DNA of 64,000 nt from Spirochaetia bacterium (GCA_963666985.2 CAXXIA010000001.1:448001-512000); one strand, 5' to 3'. Counted from the first letter of the stretch, positions 39,268 through 49,604 are shown. Notes: generated by a model from the letters alone, not told the origin. Translations and numbers: made by a program.

Positions 39268-40617
39268 ATGAAGAAACTGGGATTCGTAATCCTGGCATTG
39301 ATCGCGATGACTTCCGTGCTGTGGGCCAATGGTTCACAGGAAGCCGAAAAAGGTGCCGCCGAAGCACAAGGACCTATTGAAATCTACTGGTGGCACGCCA
39401 TGGGCGGAGCCTTGGGCGAAAAGGTGGATCAGATTGCCGCAGATTTTAATGCAACGCAGAGCGATTACAAAGTAATTCCCGTTAATAAAGGAAATTACTC
39501 CGATACAATGACGGCCGGTATCGCCGCTTTCCGTTCAGGGGAACAGCCCCACATTATTCAGGTTTATGAAGTGGGTACGGGAACCATGATGGCCGCCAAG
39601 GGGGCCGTTAAACCTGTTTATCAGATGATGAAGGAAGCCGGAGCCGAATTCGATCCTTCCGCTTATCTGGCAACCGTTACCGGTTACTACACAACTCCCG
39701 CCGGTGAAATGCTCTCCATGCCGTTCAACAGTTCCACTCCCGTTATGTATTACAACAAGGATGCCTTCAGCGCCGCCGGGCTTGATCCGGAGAATCCTCC
39801 CAAAACCTGGGAAGAGGTTGCCGAGGTTTCCAGAATCCTTGTTGATAAAGGTGTTGTTGCGGCCGGTTTTACCACGACATGGCCTTCCTGGCTTATGGTG
39901 GAGAACTTTTCCGCTTGGCACAATATGCCCATCGGGACCAAGGAAAACGGTTTTGCCGGTCTGGATACTGAATTTACTTTCAATAAAACCGGCGTTGTAA
40001 AGCACCATGAAATGCTGGCTCAGTGGCAGAAAGAAGGTATCTTCAAATACGGTGGAAGAGCGAGCGAAGCCGGTCCTCTGTTCAACACAGGTGAAGTGGC
40101 CATGACCTTCGGTTCTTCGGCCGGATATGCCGGATATAAAAAGAATTGTGAGTTCAACTGGGGAACATCCATGCTTCCTTACTGGAAATCCATGGTAAGC
40201 GATCCTCAGAATTCCATCATCGGCGGAGCTTCCCTGTGGGTTTTTGAAGGACATTCAACTCCGGAATACAAAGGCGTCGCCGCTTTCTTCAACTATCTTT
40301 CCAGCGCGGAAGTACAGGCCGATTGGCATCAGTTTACCGGGTATCTTCCCATTACCTATGCCGCTTACGAGCTGACAAAAAGTCAGGGATTCTATGATGC
40401 GAATCCCGGAACCGAAACGGCTCTTCTTCAGATGACCCGCAAGCAGCCGACGCCCAATTCGAAGGGACTCCGGTTCGGTAATTACAACCAAATTCGCAGC
40501 ATCATTAATGATGAGCAGGAAGCTATTTTCTCCGGTGAGAAAACCGCCCAGCAGGGTTTGGACGACGCCGTCAGAAGAGGCAATGAACTTCTCCGCCAGT
40601 TTGAAGCCGCCAATTAA
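39268..40617 (+). CDS. ugpB: sn-glycerol-3-phosphate ABC substrate-binding protein
   Basis: WWHAMGG, QVYEVGT.TMMA, SMPFNSSTP, ENFSAWHN, IIGGASLWV, SKGLRFGN. Confidence 0.92.
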   Translation: MKKLGFVILALIAMTSVLWANGSQEAEKGAAEAQGPIEIYWWHAMGGALGEKVDQIAADFNATQSDYKVIPVNKGNYSDTMTAGIAAFRSGEQPHIIQVYEVGTGTMMAAKGAVKPVYQMMKEAGAEFDPSAYLATVTGYYTTPAGEMLSMPFNSSTPVMYYNKDAFSAAGLDPENPPKTWEEVAEVSRILVDKGVVAAGFTTTWPSWLMVENFSAWHNMPIGTKENGFAGLDTEFTFNKTGVVKHHEMLAQWQKEGIFKYGGRASEAGPLFNTGEVAMTFGSSAGYAGYKKNCEFNWGTSMLPYWKSMVSDPQNSIIGGASLWVFEGHSTPEYKGVAAFFNYLSSAEVQADWHQFTGYLPITYAAYELTKSQGFYDANPGTETALLQMTRKQPTPNSKGLRFGNYNQIRSIINDEQEAIFSGEKTAQQGLDDAVRRGNELLRQFEAAN

Positions 40618-40642
40618 ACATCTCTGATTTCTTCGGTGCATC

Positions 40643-40666
40643 AACCGGTCCTTCGGGACCGGTTTT
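40643..40666 (+). terminator. Intercistronic stem-loop (C-UUCG-G) between ugpB and ugpA
   Basis: AACCGGTCC-TTCG-GGACCGGTT followed by T residues; likely partial terminator or mRNA stabiliser. Confidence 0.75.
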
Positions 40667-40686
40667 CACCCTTATAAGGAAAGAAA

Positions 40687-41568
40687 ATGCAAGATAAGCA
40701 GATTATCTATAAAGATCCTGTTCTTCCGTATCTGTTAATTCTCCCGGAACTGATGATTATTCTGATTTTTTTCTTTTGGCCGGCCTTTCAAGCCCTTCGT
40801 CAGTCTTTTTTGATAGAAGATCCTTTCGGCCTCAGTTCTCGATTTGTTTGGTTTGACAATTATAGAATTGTTCTCTCAAACCCCCTATATCTGACATCTT
40901 TAAAAACAACATTTGTGTTTTCGTTCTGGATAACATTTCTTTCCATGGTTCTCGGTCTTCTTTTGGCATGGCTGGTGTTTCAGCTTAAAAAAAGGGAAAC
41001 TTATCAGACTTTTATCATATGGCCGTATGCTTTGGCCCCGGCCGTTGCCGGTGTTGTCTGGTATTTTATTTTTAATCCGCTTTTGGGTGTGTTCCCCTGG
41101 GTTCTCTCCCGTTTCGGAGTTGTTTGGGATCCTGTTCTCTTGGGGAAACAGGCGATCTTCATGGTTATCGCCGCTCTGGTGTGGAAACAAATCAGCTATA
41201 ATTTTCTGTTTTATCTGGCCGGATTGGAAGGAATACCCAAATCGTATATCGAAGCGGGCATGGTGGCCGGCGCCGCCAAAAGGCAGATTTTCTTCAGAAT
41301 CGTCATACCGCTGTTAACGCCCGTAACATTTTTTCTTTTTACCATGAATCTTCTTACTTCACTGTTCGACTCTTTCGGAACCATTCACAACCTCACTTCC
41401 GGAGGTCCCAATCATGCCACGGAGAATCTTGTTTACAAGGTTTATTCCGACGGATTCATCGGTTTGAATCTGGGCGGTTCTTCCGCTCAATCGGTCGTTA
41501 TCATGATTCTGGCCATTTCCCTGACATTGATACAGTTCAAATTCTCCGGAAAGAAGGGCATGAAATGA
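40687..41568 (+). CDS. ugpA: Glycerol-3-phosphate ABC permease
   Basis: IWPYALAPAVAG, WKQISYNFLFYLAGL, LVYKVYSDGF..L.LGGSSAQSV. Confidence 0.9.
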   Translation: MQDKQIIYKDPVLPYLLILPELMIILIFFFWPAFQALRQSFLIEDPFGLSSRFVWFDNYRIVLSNPLYLTSLKTTFVFSFWITFLSMVLGLLLAWLVFQLKKRETYQTFIIWPYALAPAVAGVVWYFIFNPLLGVFPWVLSRFGVVWDPVLLGKQAIFMVIAALVWKQISYNFLFYLAGLEGIPKSYIEAGMVAGAAKRQIFFRIVIPLLTPVTFFLFTMNLLTSLFDSFGTIHNLTSGGPNHATENLVYKVYSDGFIGLNLGGSSAQSVVIMILAISLTLIQFKFSGKKGMK

Positions 41569-42413
41569 GCGAAATGTTTCGTAAAGTTCTTATTCGCGTG
41601 ATTGTGATTCTCGCAATCCTGATTATGTTTTTTCCCGTTTACATGACCTTCGTGGGAGCTTCCCACAGCATGAGCGCTCTCTTTAAAAAGCCCGTTCCTT
41701 TACTGCCCGGTCCCTACTTCTTTCAGAATATGAAAATCGCCCTTTTGAGCGGAGCCAAGTCCGCGGGAGAGTTTTCCGCCTCCGGACTGACGATGCTGAA
41801 AAACACTCTTATCATTACAGCCGGTATTACATTCGGGAAAATCGGCATCAGTTTTCTGGCCGCGTATGCGCTTTCCTATTTCAACTTCAGAGGGAAAGAG
41901 CTGTTTTTCTGGATGGTGATTATTACGCTGATGCTTCCGCTGGAAGTCCGGATTATTCCCACTTATGAAATCACGGCGGCTCTGGGACTTCTGAACTGCC
42001 ATATAGGAATCATTCTGCCTTCCATCGCTTCGGCGACGGCAACGTTTTTGTATCGCCAGACATTTAAAGATCTGCCTGAGGAAATTACCGAAGCGGCGAT
42101 GATCGACGGAGCAGGCCCTCTTTCTTTTATGGTAAGAATCCTTGCCCCCATGACTCGGACCGTAACGGCGGCGCTGATTGTGATTCAGTTCATCTATGGG
42201 TGGAATCTGTATCTCTGGCCGCTCTTAATCACCACCGATCCCATGCTGCATCCCATTGTTGTGGGAATCTATAACATGCTGAATTCGGGAGATCAGCAGG
42301 CGGAATGGAACGTAATGATGGCCGCGACTCTCATAGCCATGATTCCGCCGGTTATTGTGATTATTACCATGCAGAAACAATTCATTCAGGGAATGAACGA
42401 TCAGGATAAGTGA
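41565..42413 (+). CDS. ugpE: Glycerol-3-phosphate ABC permease
   Basis: TLMLPLEVRIIPT, ASATATFLYRQ, EAAMIDGAG, FIYGWNLYLWPLL. Confidence 0.9.
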   Translation: MSEMFRKVLIRVIVILAILIMFFPVYMTFVGASHSMSALFKKPVPLLPGPYFFQNMKIALLSGAKSAGEFSASGLTMLKNTLIITAGITFGKIGISFLAAYALSYFNFRGKELFFWMVIITLMLPLEVRIIPTYEITAALGLLNCHIGIILPSIASATATFLYRQTFKDLPEEITEAAMIDGAGPLSFMVRILAPMTRTVTAALIVIQFIYGWNLYLWPLLITTDPMLHPIVVGIYNMLNSGDQQAEWNVMMAATLIAMIPPVIVIITMQKQFIQGMNDQDK

Positions 42414-43354
42414 TTTTTTCGGAGTGGGATTTCCCGGACCTTCCCCGGGATAATTTCATGACTCAGTTCCATCTTAAGAATCTCTACAAATTCCGCTATA
42501 AGATTATTGCCGGGTATTGTCGTGCCGGTTAAACATCCGAAATAAATCAGGGCGGTTCTTTCTAAAGGAATCATTGCAAGTGAATAATCTCTGGAAAAAC
42601 GCTCAAAGAAATCATTGGTGAATCCTACTACATTGCCCTTGGAAATCATTTCTCTACATAAAACTTGATTTATTGAATTGAAAATAACAATAGGCGGACC
42701 GAAATCGCCAATTAAATCAGTTGCCATAACTTTTTCAAGACTTTGAAGACAAAGAGGCATTTTAGATAGCTCATTGATAGTTATCATTCTTTTTTGAGCA
42801 AAAACGGAATCCTTTGATACACAGGCCATTACAGGTGCTTCATATATTTTCTCAAATTTTATAGTTTTATTTTTTAAAGAATCAGATTGCTGAAGAAGAA
42901 AACCGGGAGCAGCAACTAGAGCCATTTCGTTTTCTTTAATACACAACTTGTTTAGTATCTCTTCCGTCGGCATTTCAACAATATAAAATTTAATTGAGGG
43001 ATATTTCTTTTGGTATTGCATAAGCGCATCAGGCAATATCGTATTATTCATAGCCGGATCAACATAAAGGAAAAAATTGGTCTTTTTGCTCACTTCGATA
43101 TCCTGCTTAACATCTACTTGCATCTCAAAATATTTTGATACAATATCTTGTGCATAAATAACCGCTTTATTACCCGCGGGTGTGAGGGAAATCCGATTTT
43201 CTTTTCGGTGAAAAAGTAGAACGTCCAGTTCTTTTTCCAATTCTTGGATGGCTCTACTTAAGCCTTGCGGCGAAATATAGAGAGTTCTTGCTGATTTGCT
43301 GATAGAACAAGATTCGGCTACATGAAGAAAATAGTTAAGATAATCAATCCTCAT
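42401..43354 (-). CDS. LysR-family regulator
   Basis: SISKSARTLYISPQGLSRAIQELEKEL..LFHR..LTPAG; AT-rich. Confidence 0.92.
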   Translation of the reverse strand: MRIDYLNYFLHVAESCSISKSARTLYISPQGLSRAIQELEKELDVLLFHRKENRISLTPAGNKAVIYAQDIVSKYFEMQVDVKQDIEVSKKTNFFLYVDPAMNNTILPDALMQYQKKYPSIKFYIVEMPTEEILNKLCIKENEMALVAAPGFLLQQSDSLKNKTIKFEKIYEAPVMACVSKDSVFAQKRMITINELSKMPLCLQSLEKVMATDLIGDFGPPIVIFNSINQVLCREMISKGNVVGFTNDFFERFSRDYSLAMIPLERTALIYFGCLTGTTIPGNNLIAEFVEILKMELSHEIIPGKVREIPLRKNHLS

Positions 43355-43611
43355 AATTCATACCAATTAAGCAATTATTGAATCGTGGAATCTCATTAAA
43401 TAAATAAATATACATAAGAAAATCTCGAATTGCAAGCAACATTATATTGAGGAAGTCATAAATATATTGATGTGGTGAAAAGTAAATGTTTCGTTGACTG
43501 GTATCTTGGGCACTTGTATAGTCGCTTTGTTGTTAACAAATATCTTTAACGATTTATTAGATTGATTAATCATAACATTTTGGACGTCCTGCGGAAAATG
43601 AAGGAAAAACT

Positions 43612-45621
43612 ATGGATATTTTGGATTTTATAAGAAATGAGGGGATTCCAAAGTGGCCTTATCCTATCGAATATGGAGAAGAAACTGAGGATAGTTCCGA
43701 TGTCGTTATCATTGGAGGCGGTCTGGCCGGTTGTTGCGCCGCAATTCATGCCGCCAGAAGAGGTGCAAGTGTTACTGTAATTGAAAAAGGTTCAACAAAA
43801 CGCAGCGGATCAGCAGGTCCCGGAATTGACCATTGGGAGTTTGCCGTAACTAATCCATGTTCGTCCACTACGCCGGATGAGATGGTTGAAATTATGGGGA
43901 AAGGTGACATTTTTGAGGCTGAACATCTTCTCTATGTGGCCCTTAATGAATCGTTTGATACCCTCCTTGAGTTTGAGGAGATGGGCCTGAAAATACGCGA
44001 TACGGATGATGATTTTAAAGATGCTCCTTTCAGAGATGAAAAATCAAAACTTCTCTTTGCCTATGACTATGATGGGAAATTATGTTTAAGAATTTTTGGC
44101 GCAGGCCTTAAGCCGGCTCTCTATAAGGAAATGAAGCGTCTTGGTGTCAAAATATATGACAGAGTGATGGGGACCTCGCTTCTTACGGAAAAAGGCGAAC
44201 AAGGAAGACGCGTTATCGGGGCAACGGGTTATAATGTTCGAACAGGCCGATTTTATATTTTCAATGCCAAAGCAACGGTAATCGCTACGGCGAAACCTGT
44301 ACGTCTTTGGGAGTTCGGATCGGAGAAAGTTGGAAGCGCTTCTTGTTTCCAAGATGTTAATTGTACTGGTGAAGGACATGCCATGGCATGGAAAGCCGGT
44401 GCAAAGTTCGTTTTGATGGAACGTAATATTCCCTATATGGGTTCGATGTCCTATCCACCGTTCAGTACCGGAAATTCAAGAACGACTTGGTTCCCATGCA
44501 ATATGGTTGATGCTCATGGAAAGCCTTTGCCATGGGGAGGACGCTACGGACAACCTTTGGAGGGTGGTGTTCATGCGAGAACCCACTGCGGCGAAGGACA
44601 GAAATTCCTTTATCAGAGAGTGCAAGATCCTGCATATGCTCTTTATGGATATATGCCGGATTTACCGGAGAGAATTAGGAACGGAGAGTTCAGACTTCCT
44701 TTTTATGCGGACTTGCCGTCAATGCCTGATGAAGAGCGTGATGTTATTTTCGGTATGATGGTGGGAAATGAAAGCAAAACAAGAACCCCTGTTTTTAGAA
44801 AACTCACCCAAGCCGGATTCAATCCGGATAAGGATATGCTTCAGGCAAACATAGACAGTCCCGAAGGATCGGGCATTAATACTCCGATTGCACCTCCGTC
44901 CAACTCGCCGAATATCAGAGATGCGTCTTTTTTATGCGGTGGACCTATGATCGGATGGGAAATGAAAACAAATCTTGAAGGTCTTTTTATAGCCGGAAAT
45001 CAAACGGGTACGGGTTGTGCCGCAATTGCTGCAACAACAGGTCGCTATTGCGGAAGAAGTGTCGCAAAATATGTAAAAGATAAAGATTTCATAAATCCGT
45101 ATCGTCCGCAAATCGATGAAGAAAAAGAACGTATCTATGCTCCGCTTAAGAATGATGGGGGAAAAGGCTGGAAAGAAGTACAAATTGGTCTTTGTCGCGT
45201 AATGCAGGATTACTGCGGACAATATAAGAGTGAAGAAATCCTGAAAACAGGCCTTTGGTGGCTTAATTCAATTCGTGAAAATGAAATAAAAAATCTGTCC
45301 GTAAACAATCCTCATGAGCTTGCACGTGTCTTAGAATGCGACACGCGAGTGACTGTCGGTGAAATAATCATGCACAACAGTCTTGCACGAAAAACAAGCT
45401 GTCCTCAGCTTGACTTCAAGAGACTGGACAATTCTGAGGTAAAGGCGGCTGAGGAAGAGAGTTTTATTACGGTTCAGCAGGCTGATGGGAAAATTATGAG
45501 CGAAGAGGTCCCTCTTGGTTATTGGCTAATGGGAGATTTTGAACCGACATTGGCTGAAAATTATAAGAAATATTCCTGTTTTGAAGATTCGAATAACGGA
45601 TTAGGAGGGAACTCAAAATGA
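43612..45621 (+). CDS. AprA/AsfA-like flavoprotein (SdhA/FrdA superfamily)
   Basis: IIGGGLAGCCAA, EKG..KRSGSAGPGIDHW, G.GHAMAWKAGA, TNLEGLFIAG, RVMQDYCG..KSE, NPHEL. Confidence 0.8.
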   Translation: MDILDFIRNEGIPKWPYPIEYGEETEDSSDVVIIGGGLAGCCAAIHAARRGASVTVIEKGSTKRSGSAGPGIDHWEFAVTNPCSSTTPDEMVEIMGKGDIFEAEHLLYVALNESFDTLLEFEEMGLKIRDTDDDFKDAPFRDEKSKLLFAYDYDGKLCLRIFGAGLKPALYKEMKRLGVKIYDRVMGTSLLTEKGEQGRRVIGATGYNVRTGRFYIFNAKATVIATAKPVRLWEFGSEKVGSASCFQDVNCTGEGHAMAWKAGAKFVLMERNIPYMGSMSYPPFSTGNSRTTWFPCNMVDAHGKPLPWGGRYGQPLEGGVHARTHCGEGQKFLYQRVQDPAYALYGYMPDLPERIRNGEFRLPFYADLPSMPDEERDVIFGMMVGNESKTRTPVFRKLTQAGFNPDKDMLQANIDSPEGSGINTPIAPPSNSPNIRDASFLCGGPMIGWEMKTNLEGLFIAGNQTGTGCAAIAATTGRYCGRSVAKYVKDKDFINPYRPQIDEEKERIYAPLKNDGGKGWKEVQIGLCRVMQDYCGQYKSEEILKTGLWWLNSIRENEIKNLSVNNPHELARVLECDTRVTVGEIIMHNSLARKTSCPQLDFKRLDNSEVKAAEEESFITVQQADGKIMSEEVPLGYWLMGDFEPTLAENYKKYSCFEDSNNGLGGNSK

Positions 45622-45962
45622 TCGAAACAAAGAAGAATGCTGTTGTTCTGCCTAATCCGGCAACACCGTGTATACCAATTACTTTTAACGAAGAAATTTG
45701 TATCGGCTGCAATACGTGTGTTGATGTTTGCAGGGCGGATGTGCTTTTGCCGAATCCTGTGCATGGAAAGCCGCCGCTTGTTGTTTATCCGGATGAATGC
45801 TGGTTCTGCGGGTGCTGTGTTGATGATTGCCCTGTTGAAGGAGCAAGCGAATTTCATCATCCCTTGAATCAAGAAATCGCATGGAAAGATAAAAAAACCG
45901 GAGAGTTATTTCGAGTCGGGATAAAGAATCCGCCTCCGCCATGTACAAAGAAACTGTATTAA
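45618..45962 (+). CDS. AprB/AsfB-like 2x[4Fe-4S] ferredoxin
   Basis: CIGCNTCVDVC and YPDECWFCGCCVDDCP; C-terminal HPL...WK tail as in AprB-type proteins. Confidence 0.85.
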   Translation: MIETKKNAVVLPNPATPCIPITFNEEICIGCNTCVDVCRADVLLPNPVHGKPPLVVYPDECWFCGCCVDDCPVEGASEFHHPLNQEIAWKDKKTGELFRVGIKNPPPPCTKKLY

Positions 45963-46052
45963 GAAGTACATAAGAATCGTATTCGCAGAAAAACTTTATG
46001 AACGAAAAAAGTTAATAAAGGTTAATAATATAGACTGAATTGGAGGATATTT

Positions 46053-47339
46053 ATGTCGGAGATTTCAATCAAAAAAAGCAAGGCTGATCCGAAATTTATT
46101 AAGCATGCCGTTATGATCGTAATAGCCTGCTTCTTTTCACAGTATATGCTTTCTTGTTTACCGTCGGATAGTGTTAATGTTTTTCAAAATTACTTTCACG
46201 CAACGTACGGCTGGTCACTGACAAGCATAACCGCGCCGATAACGATTGCAGCTCTTGTTTCAATTCCACTGACTTTTGTCGTAGGAACGGTTCTGTTGAA
46301 ATGGGGGCCAAGAATTCCAATGGCCGCCTCACTTATTATTTTGGCAATATGTCAGGTGATTGTCGGATTTTCTTCATCTTTGGCTGTGCTTTCCATAGCG
46401 CTTTTCTTAACAAAGTTTTTTGCTCTTGTGCTGCAGCTTTGTACATATTCCTATACCGTCAGATGGTTTTCTTCATGGCGAGGGCGCATCTTGGGAATCA
46501 TAACGATCGCATCTCCAATTAACAGTGCGACATCGGTAGCACTGTTAACAAAGGGAACTCAATATCTCGGTTTCTCAACAACATATACAATTCTCGGAAT
46601 TGTCGTTTTAGCGCTGGGTATTTATGCCGCATTGGTTGGTGTGAATAATCCGGAACAGTTGGGGCTCTATGCCGACGGAAAGCCGGAGCCGATAAGCTCT
46701 GAAGATAGTGATTTTTCCGAAGTTAAAGCTAAATGGACAACTAAGAAAATTTTTGCGACAAAAGAAACGTGGATGTTGATTATATCTTTTGGAATGCTTG
46801 CCTTTATGATAAACGGAATCATGCCAAATTTCATCTTAAGAATGGCTTCGGTGGGAGTCGATATCAATACATCATTAATTCTTCTTTCCGCCGCAGCTTT
46901 GTTGGGAATCCCCATAAGCTATCTTTTCGGATGGTTGGACGACAAGTTTGGAACCTCAAACGCCAGTACGGTATTAGGCATCACATTTCTCATTACAATG
47001 ATTTGCCTTCTTCTCGGTAGTGCGGACAATATGTTGGTTCTTTTTATCGGTGTTGTCGGTATTGCCAGTATTATCGGAGGAACCCCGAATCTTGCACCTT
47101 CCAATACCGCATGGGTGTTTGGGCGGAAAGCTTTTGAACATGTGAATAGACAGACCATGACGATTATGAACATCATCCCCGCTTTTGCCCTTACATTCAT
47201 GAGCATGATTTTTGATCATACAGGCAGTTTCAATTTGGCATATAAAATCATGATCGGAATGGCGATTATTGCGACCGTCATTATTTTCTTCATTAAAACT
47301 ACATACGATCCGGAAAACCCGAAAGCGGCGAAGATCTAG
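46053..47339 (+). CDS. MFS transporter (OFA-like)
   Basis: About 12 hydrophobic segments; RWF...RGRILGI and FGWLDDKFG loop motifs. Confidence 0.9.
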   Translation: MSEISIKKSKADPKFIKHAVMIVIACFFSQYMLSCLPSDSVNVFQNYFHATYGWSLTSITAPITIAALVSIPLTFVVGTVLLKWGPRIPMAASLIILAICQVIVGFSSSLAVLSIALFLTKFFALVLQLCTYSYTVRWFSSWRGRILGIITIASPINSATSVALLTKGTQYLGFSTTYTILGIVVLALGIYAALVGVNNPEQLGLYADGKPEPISSEDSDFSEVKAKWTTKKIFATKETWMLIISFGMLAFMINGIMPNFILRMASVGVDINTSLILLSAAALLGIPISYLFGWLDDKFGTSNASTVLGITFLITMICLLLGSADNMLVLFIGVVGIASIIGGTPNLAPSNTAWVFGRKAFEHVNRQTMTIMNIIPAFALTFMSMIFDHTGSFNLAYKIMIGMAIIATVIIFFIKTTYDPENPKAAKI

Positions 47340-47407
47340 AAAAGAATAAGAATCCAATGGTGTTACTCCGTTAATATTTCCCATCTGCGAATATATATTG
47401 TTTCTCT

Positions 47408-47436
47408 GCGGAGCCTTTAAAAAGGCTCCGTTTTTT
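47408..47436 (+). terminator. Intrinsic terminator ending the island operon
   Basis: CGGAGCCTT-TAAA-AAGGCTCCG-T6. Confidence 0.85.
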
Positions 47437-47512
47437 ATATATATAATTCGACTTTATTTTTTGTAATTTTTCATCTTACTCTTGACCCCGCGCCGCTTAA
47501 CATGAAATACAG

Positions 47513-48823
47513 GTGGTTATGAATCGCTCTGCATCACAGCAATCATCGATTTTCCTCCTGTGGCTCCCTCTTGCCGTGATGTGGATTCTCATGGCCGTGG
47601 AACAGCCGGCCATCGCGGCCGTTTTGGCTCGGCTGCCCGAGGCCAAACGGCAGTTGGCGGCTTTCGGAGTTACCTATTCTCTGGCTTTATTCATTGAGGG
47701 ACCGATTATCCAAATGCTGGCCTCGGGAACGGCGATTGCAGACAGCCGGGGAAACTACCGCCGGCTTCTCTCCCTGATGCATCTGCTCGGCGTCGGAATG
47801 ACGTTATTCCAATGTCTTTTGTGTATTCCCGCCGTTTTTAGACCGTTTGCTCTGAACGTTATAGGCATGCCGGCCGAATTGATTGAAAACTCCCGCTTGG
47901 CCCTTCTTGTCATGCTCCCCTGGGGAATATCGGTTGGATACCGCCGGTTGTGGCAAGGTGTTTTAATCCGTTACGGACATACTCGTGTGATACCCGTAAC
48001 GATGATTTTACGAATTCTGACATCTCTCGGAGTTCTGATTCTCGGATATCGAACCGGGAGAGCCTCCGGTGCCATCTTGGGAGGCCTGTCTCTTTCGGCC
48101 GGGGTTATTGTCGGGGCAATCTCGGCATGGGCATATGCAAGGCCGATAATCCGCAGGATTCCATCGGAGTCGACTCATGAAATGGAGTGGAAATCACTTC
48201 TTATTTTTTATATCCCTTTGGCCCTTGTGAGTTTTATCAATCTGGGAGCCGGACCTTTGATGCAGATCGGTTTGGCACGCGGGCCGATGCCGCTGGAGTC
48301 CTTGGCTTTATACCCGGTCGGTATGGGCTATCTTTTTCTTTTTAATTCCTTTTCCATGTCTTCTCAGGAAGTTGTTATCGCGCGATTGGATGGAAATGAA
48401 TCCCGGAAAGCTTTGCTGCGCTTCAGTCTGATTCTTTCGTTGAGTCTTTTTCTCATATACCTTGCGGGTCTTTCCGGTCCGATATGGGAATTGTGGTTTA
48501 TCGGTGTGTCCGGACTTTCCCGCGATTTGTCCGAACTTGTTCCGAAGACGATTCTTCTCGGATTGCCGGTGATTCCTCTTACAACGTTAATCGCTTTGTA
48601 TCGGGGAGCTTTGGTTCGGCAGAAACGGACCCGGGAGGTGACAGTCGGAACGGCCGTGAATGTATCGATACTGCTGATTGGGATGTTTCTCGGCGTCGCC
48701 CTCCTGCCGTTTCCGGCCGTGCATACCGTTTTTGCCGCTTATTCTTTGGCCTACATAACCGAGTTTTTTTATCTTTTTTTCAGAAAACCTCTTTTGCCGT
48801 TTCGGAAGATGACTGCGGTATAA
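47513..48823 (+). CDS. MATE-superfamily (ANKH-like) membrane transporter
   Basis: About 12 TM segments with two-fold internal symmetry (W/YxPLA twice); LAAFGVTYSLALFIEGP. Confidence 0.65.
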   Translation: MVMNRSASQQSSIFLLWLPLAVMWILMAVEQPAIAAVLARLPEAKRQLAAFGVTYSLALFIEGPIIQMLASGTAIADSRGNYRRLLSLMHLLGVGMTLFQCLLCIPAVFRPFALNVIGMPAELIENSRLALLVMLPWGISVGYRRLWQGVLIRYGHTRVIPVTMILRILTSLGVLILGYRTGRASGAILGGLSLSAGVIVGAISAWAYARPIIRRIPSESTHEMEWKSLLIFYIPLALVSFINLGAGPLMQIGLARGPMPLESLALYPVGMGYLFLFNSFSMSSQEVVIARLDGNESRKALLRFSLILSLSLFLIYLAGLSGPIWELWFIGVSGLSRDLSELVPKTILLGLPVIPLTTLIALYRGALVRQKRTREVTVGTAVNVSILLIGMFLGVALLPFPAVHTVFAAYSLAYITEFFYLFFRKPLLPFRKMTAV

Positions 48824-48845
48824 AAAGTAAGGAGTGTGATGACCT

Positions 48846-49604
48846 ATGCAACAGCGGAAGTATGATCAGCTAAAGGTGGAAATCCATCAAAACAGGGAAG
48901 ACATGGGACTGGCCGCCGCACGAAGAACGGCGGAGCTGATTCGAAAAATCGCCCGGGAGAAGGGACGGGTGAATATGATTTTCGCGGCCGCTCCGTCGCA
49001 GAACGATGTGCTGAAGAGTCTGAGGGAAACGGCGGACATATCATGGGAGAAGGTGAATGCCCTTCATATGGATGAATACCTGGGACTGGATGAAAAAGCC
49101 CCCCAGAGGTTTTCGAACTATCTTCAGGATCATATTTTTAAATTTATATCCTGCGGGAGCGTTCATTTTATCAATACGGCGGCATCTCAAAGTGAAGAGG
49201 AGATTCGCCGGTATTCCGATTTGCTGGAGAACTTCCCCCCGGATATCGTCTGCATGGGGGTTGGAGAGAACGGACATATCGCCTTCAACGATCCTCCGGA
49301 TGCCGATTTCAACGATCCTTTTTTCGTCAAAGAGATTCAACTCGATGAGAAATCCCGAATACAGCAGGTTCATGACGGCTGTTTCGCGAAGCTGGATGAT
49401 GTTCCCCGGCGGGCGCTGACACTGACGGTTCCCGCTTTATTTTCGGGGAAGCACCTTATCTGCGCCGTTCCGACGAAGTTCAAAGCGGCCGCGGTGAAAG
49501 CGATGCTGAGTGAAGATATTTCGCCGGACTGTCCGGCATCAATCTTAAGAAAGCACGAGGACGCGGTTTTGTATCTCGATAGGGAGAGCGCTTCCCTGAT
49601 TTAG
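48846..49604 (+). CDS. nagB: Glucosamine-6-phosphate deaminase-like protein
   Basis: HMDEYLGL, GVGENGHIAFNDP, CPASILRKH. Confidence 0.8.
   Translation: MQQRKYDQLKVEIHQNREDMGLAAARRTAELIRKIAREKGRVNMIFAAAPSQNDVLKSLRETADISWEKVNALHMDEYLGLDEKAPQRFSNYLQDHIFKFISCGSVHFINTAASQSEEEIRRYSDLLENFPPDIVCMGVGENGHIAFNDPPDADFNDPFFVKEIQLDEKSRIQQVHDGCFAKLDDVPRRALTLTVPALFSGKHLICAVPTKFKAAAVKAMLSEDISPDCPASILRKHEDAVLYLDRESASLI

Noticed and set aside
43612..45962. Dissimilatory sulfate reduction (true aprAB)
   Set aside because: Divergent motifs, A-before-B order, LysR/MFS context, and no sat, qmo or dsr in the window.
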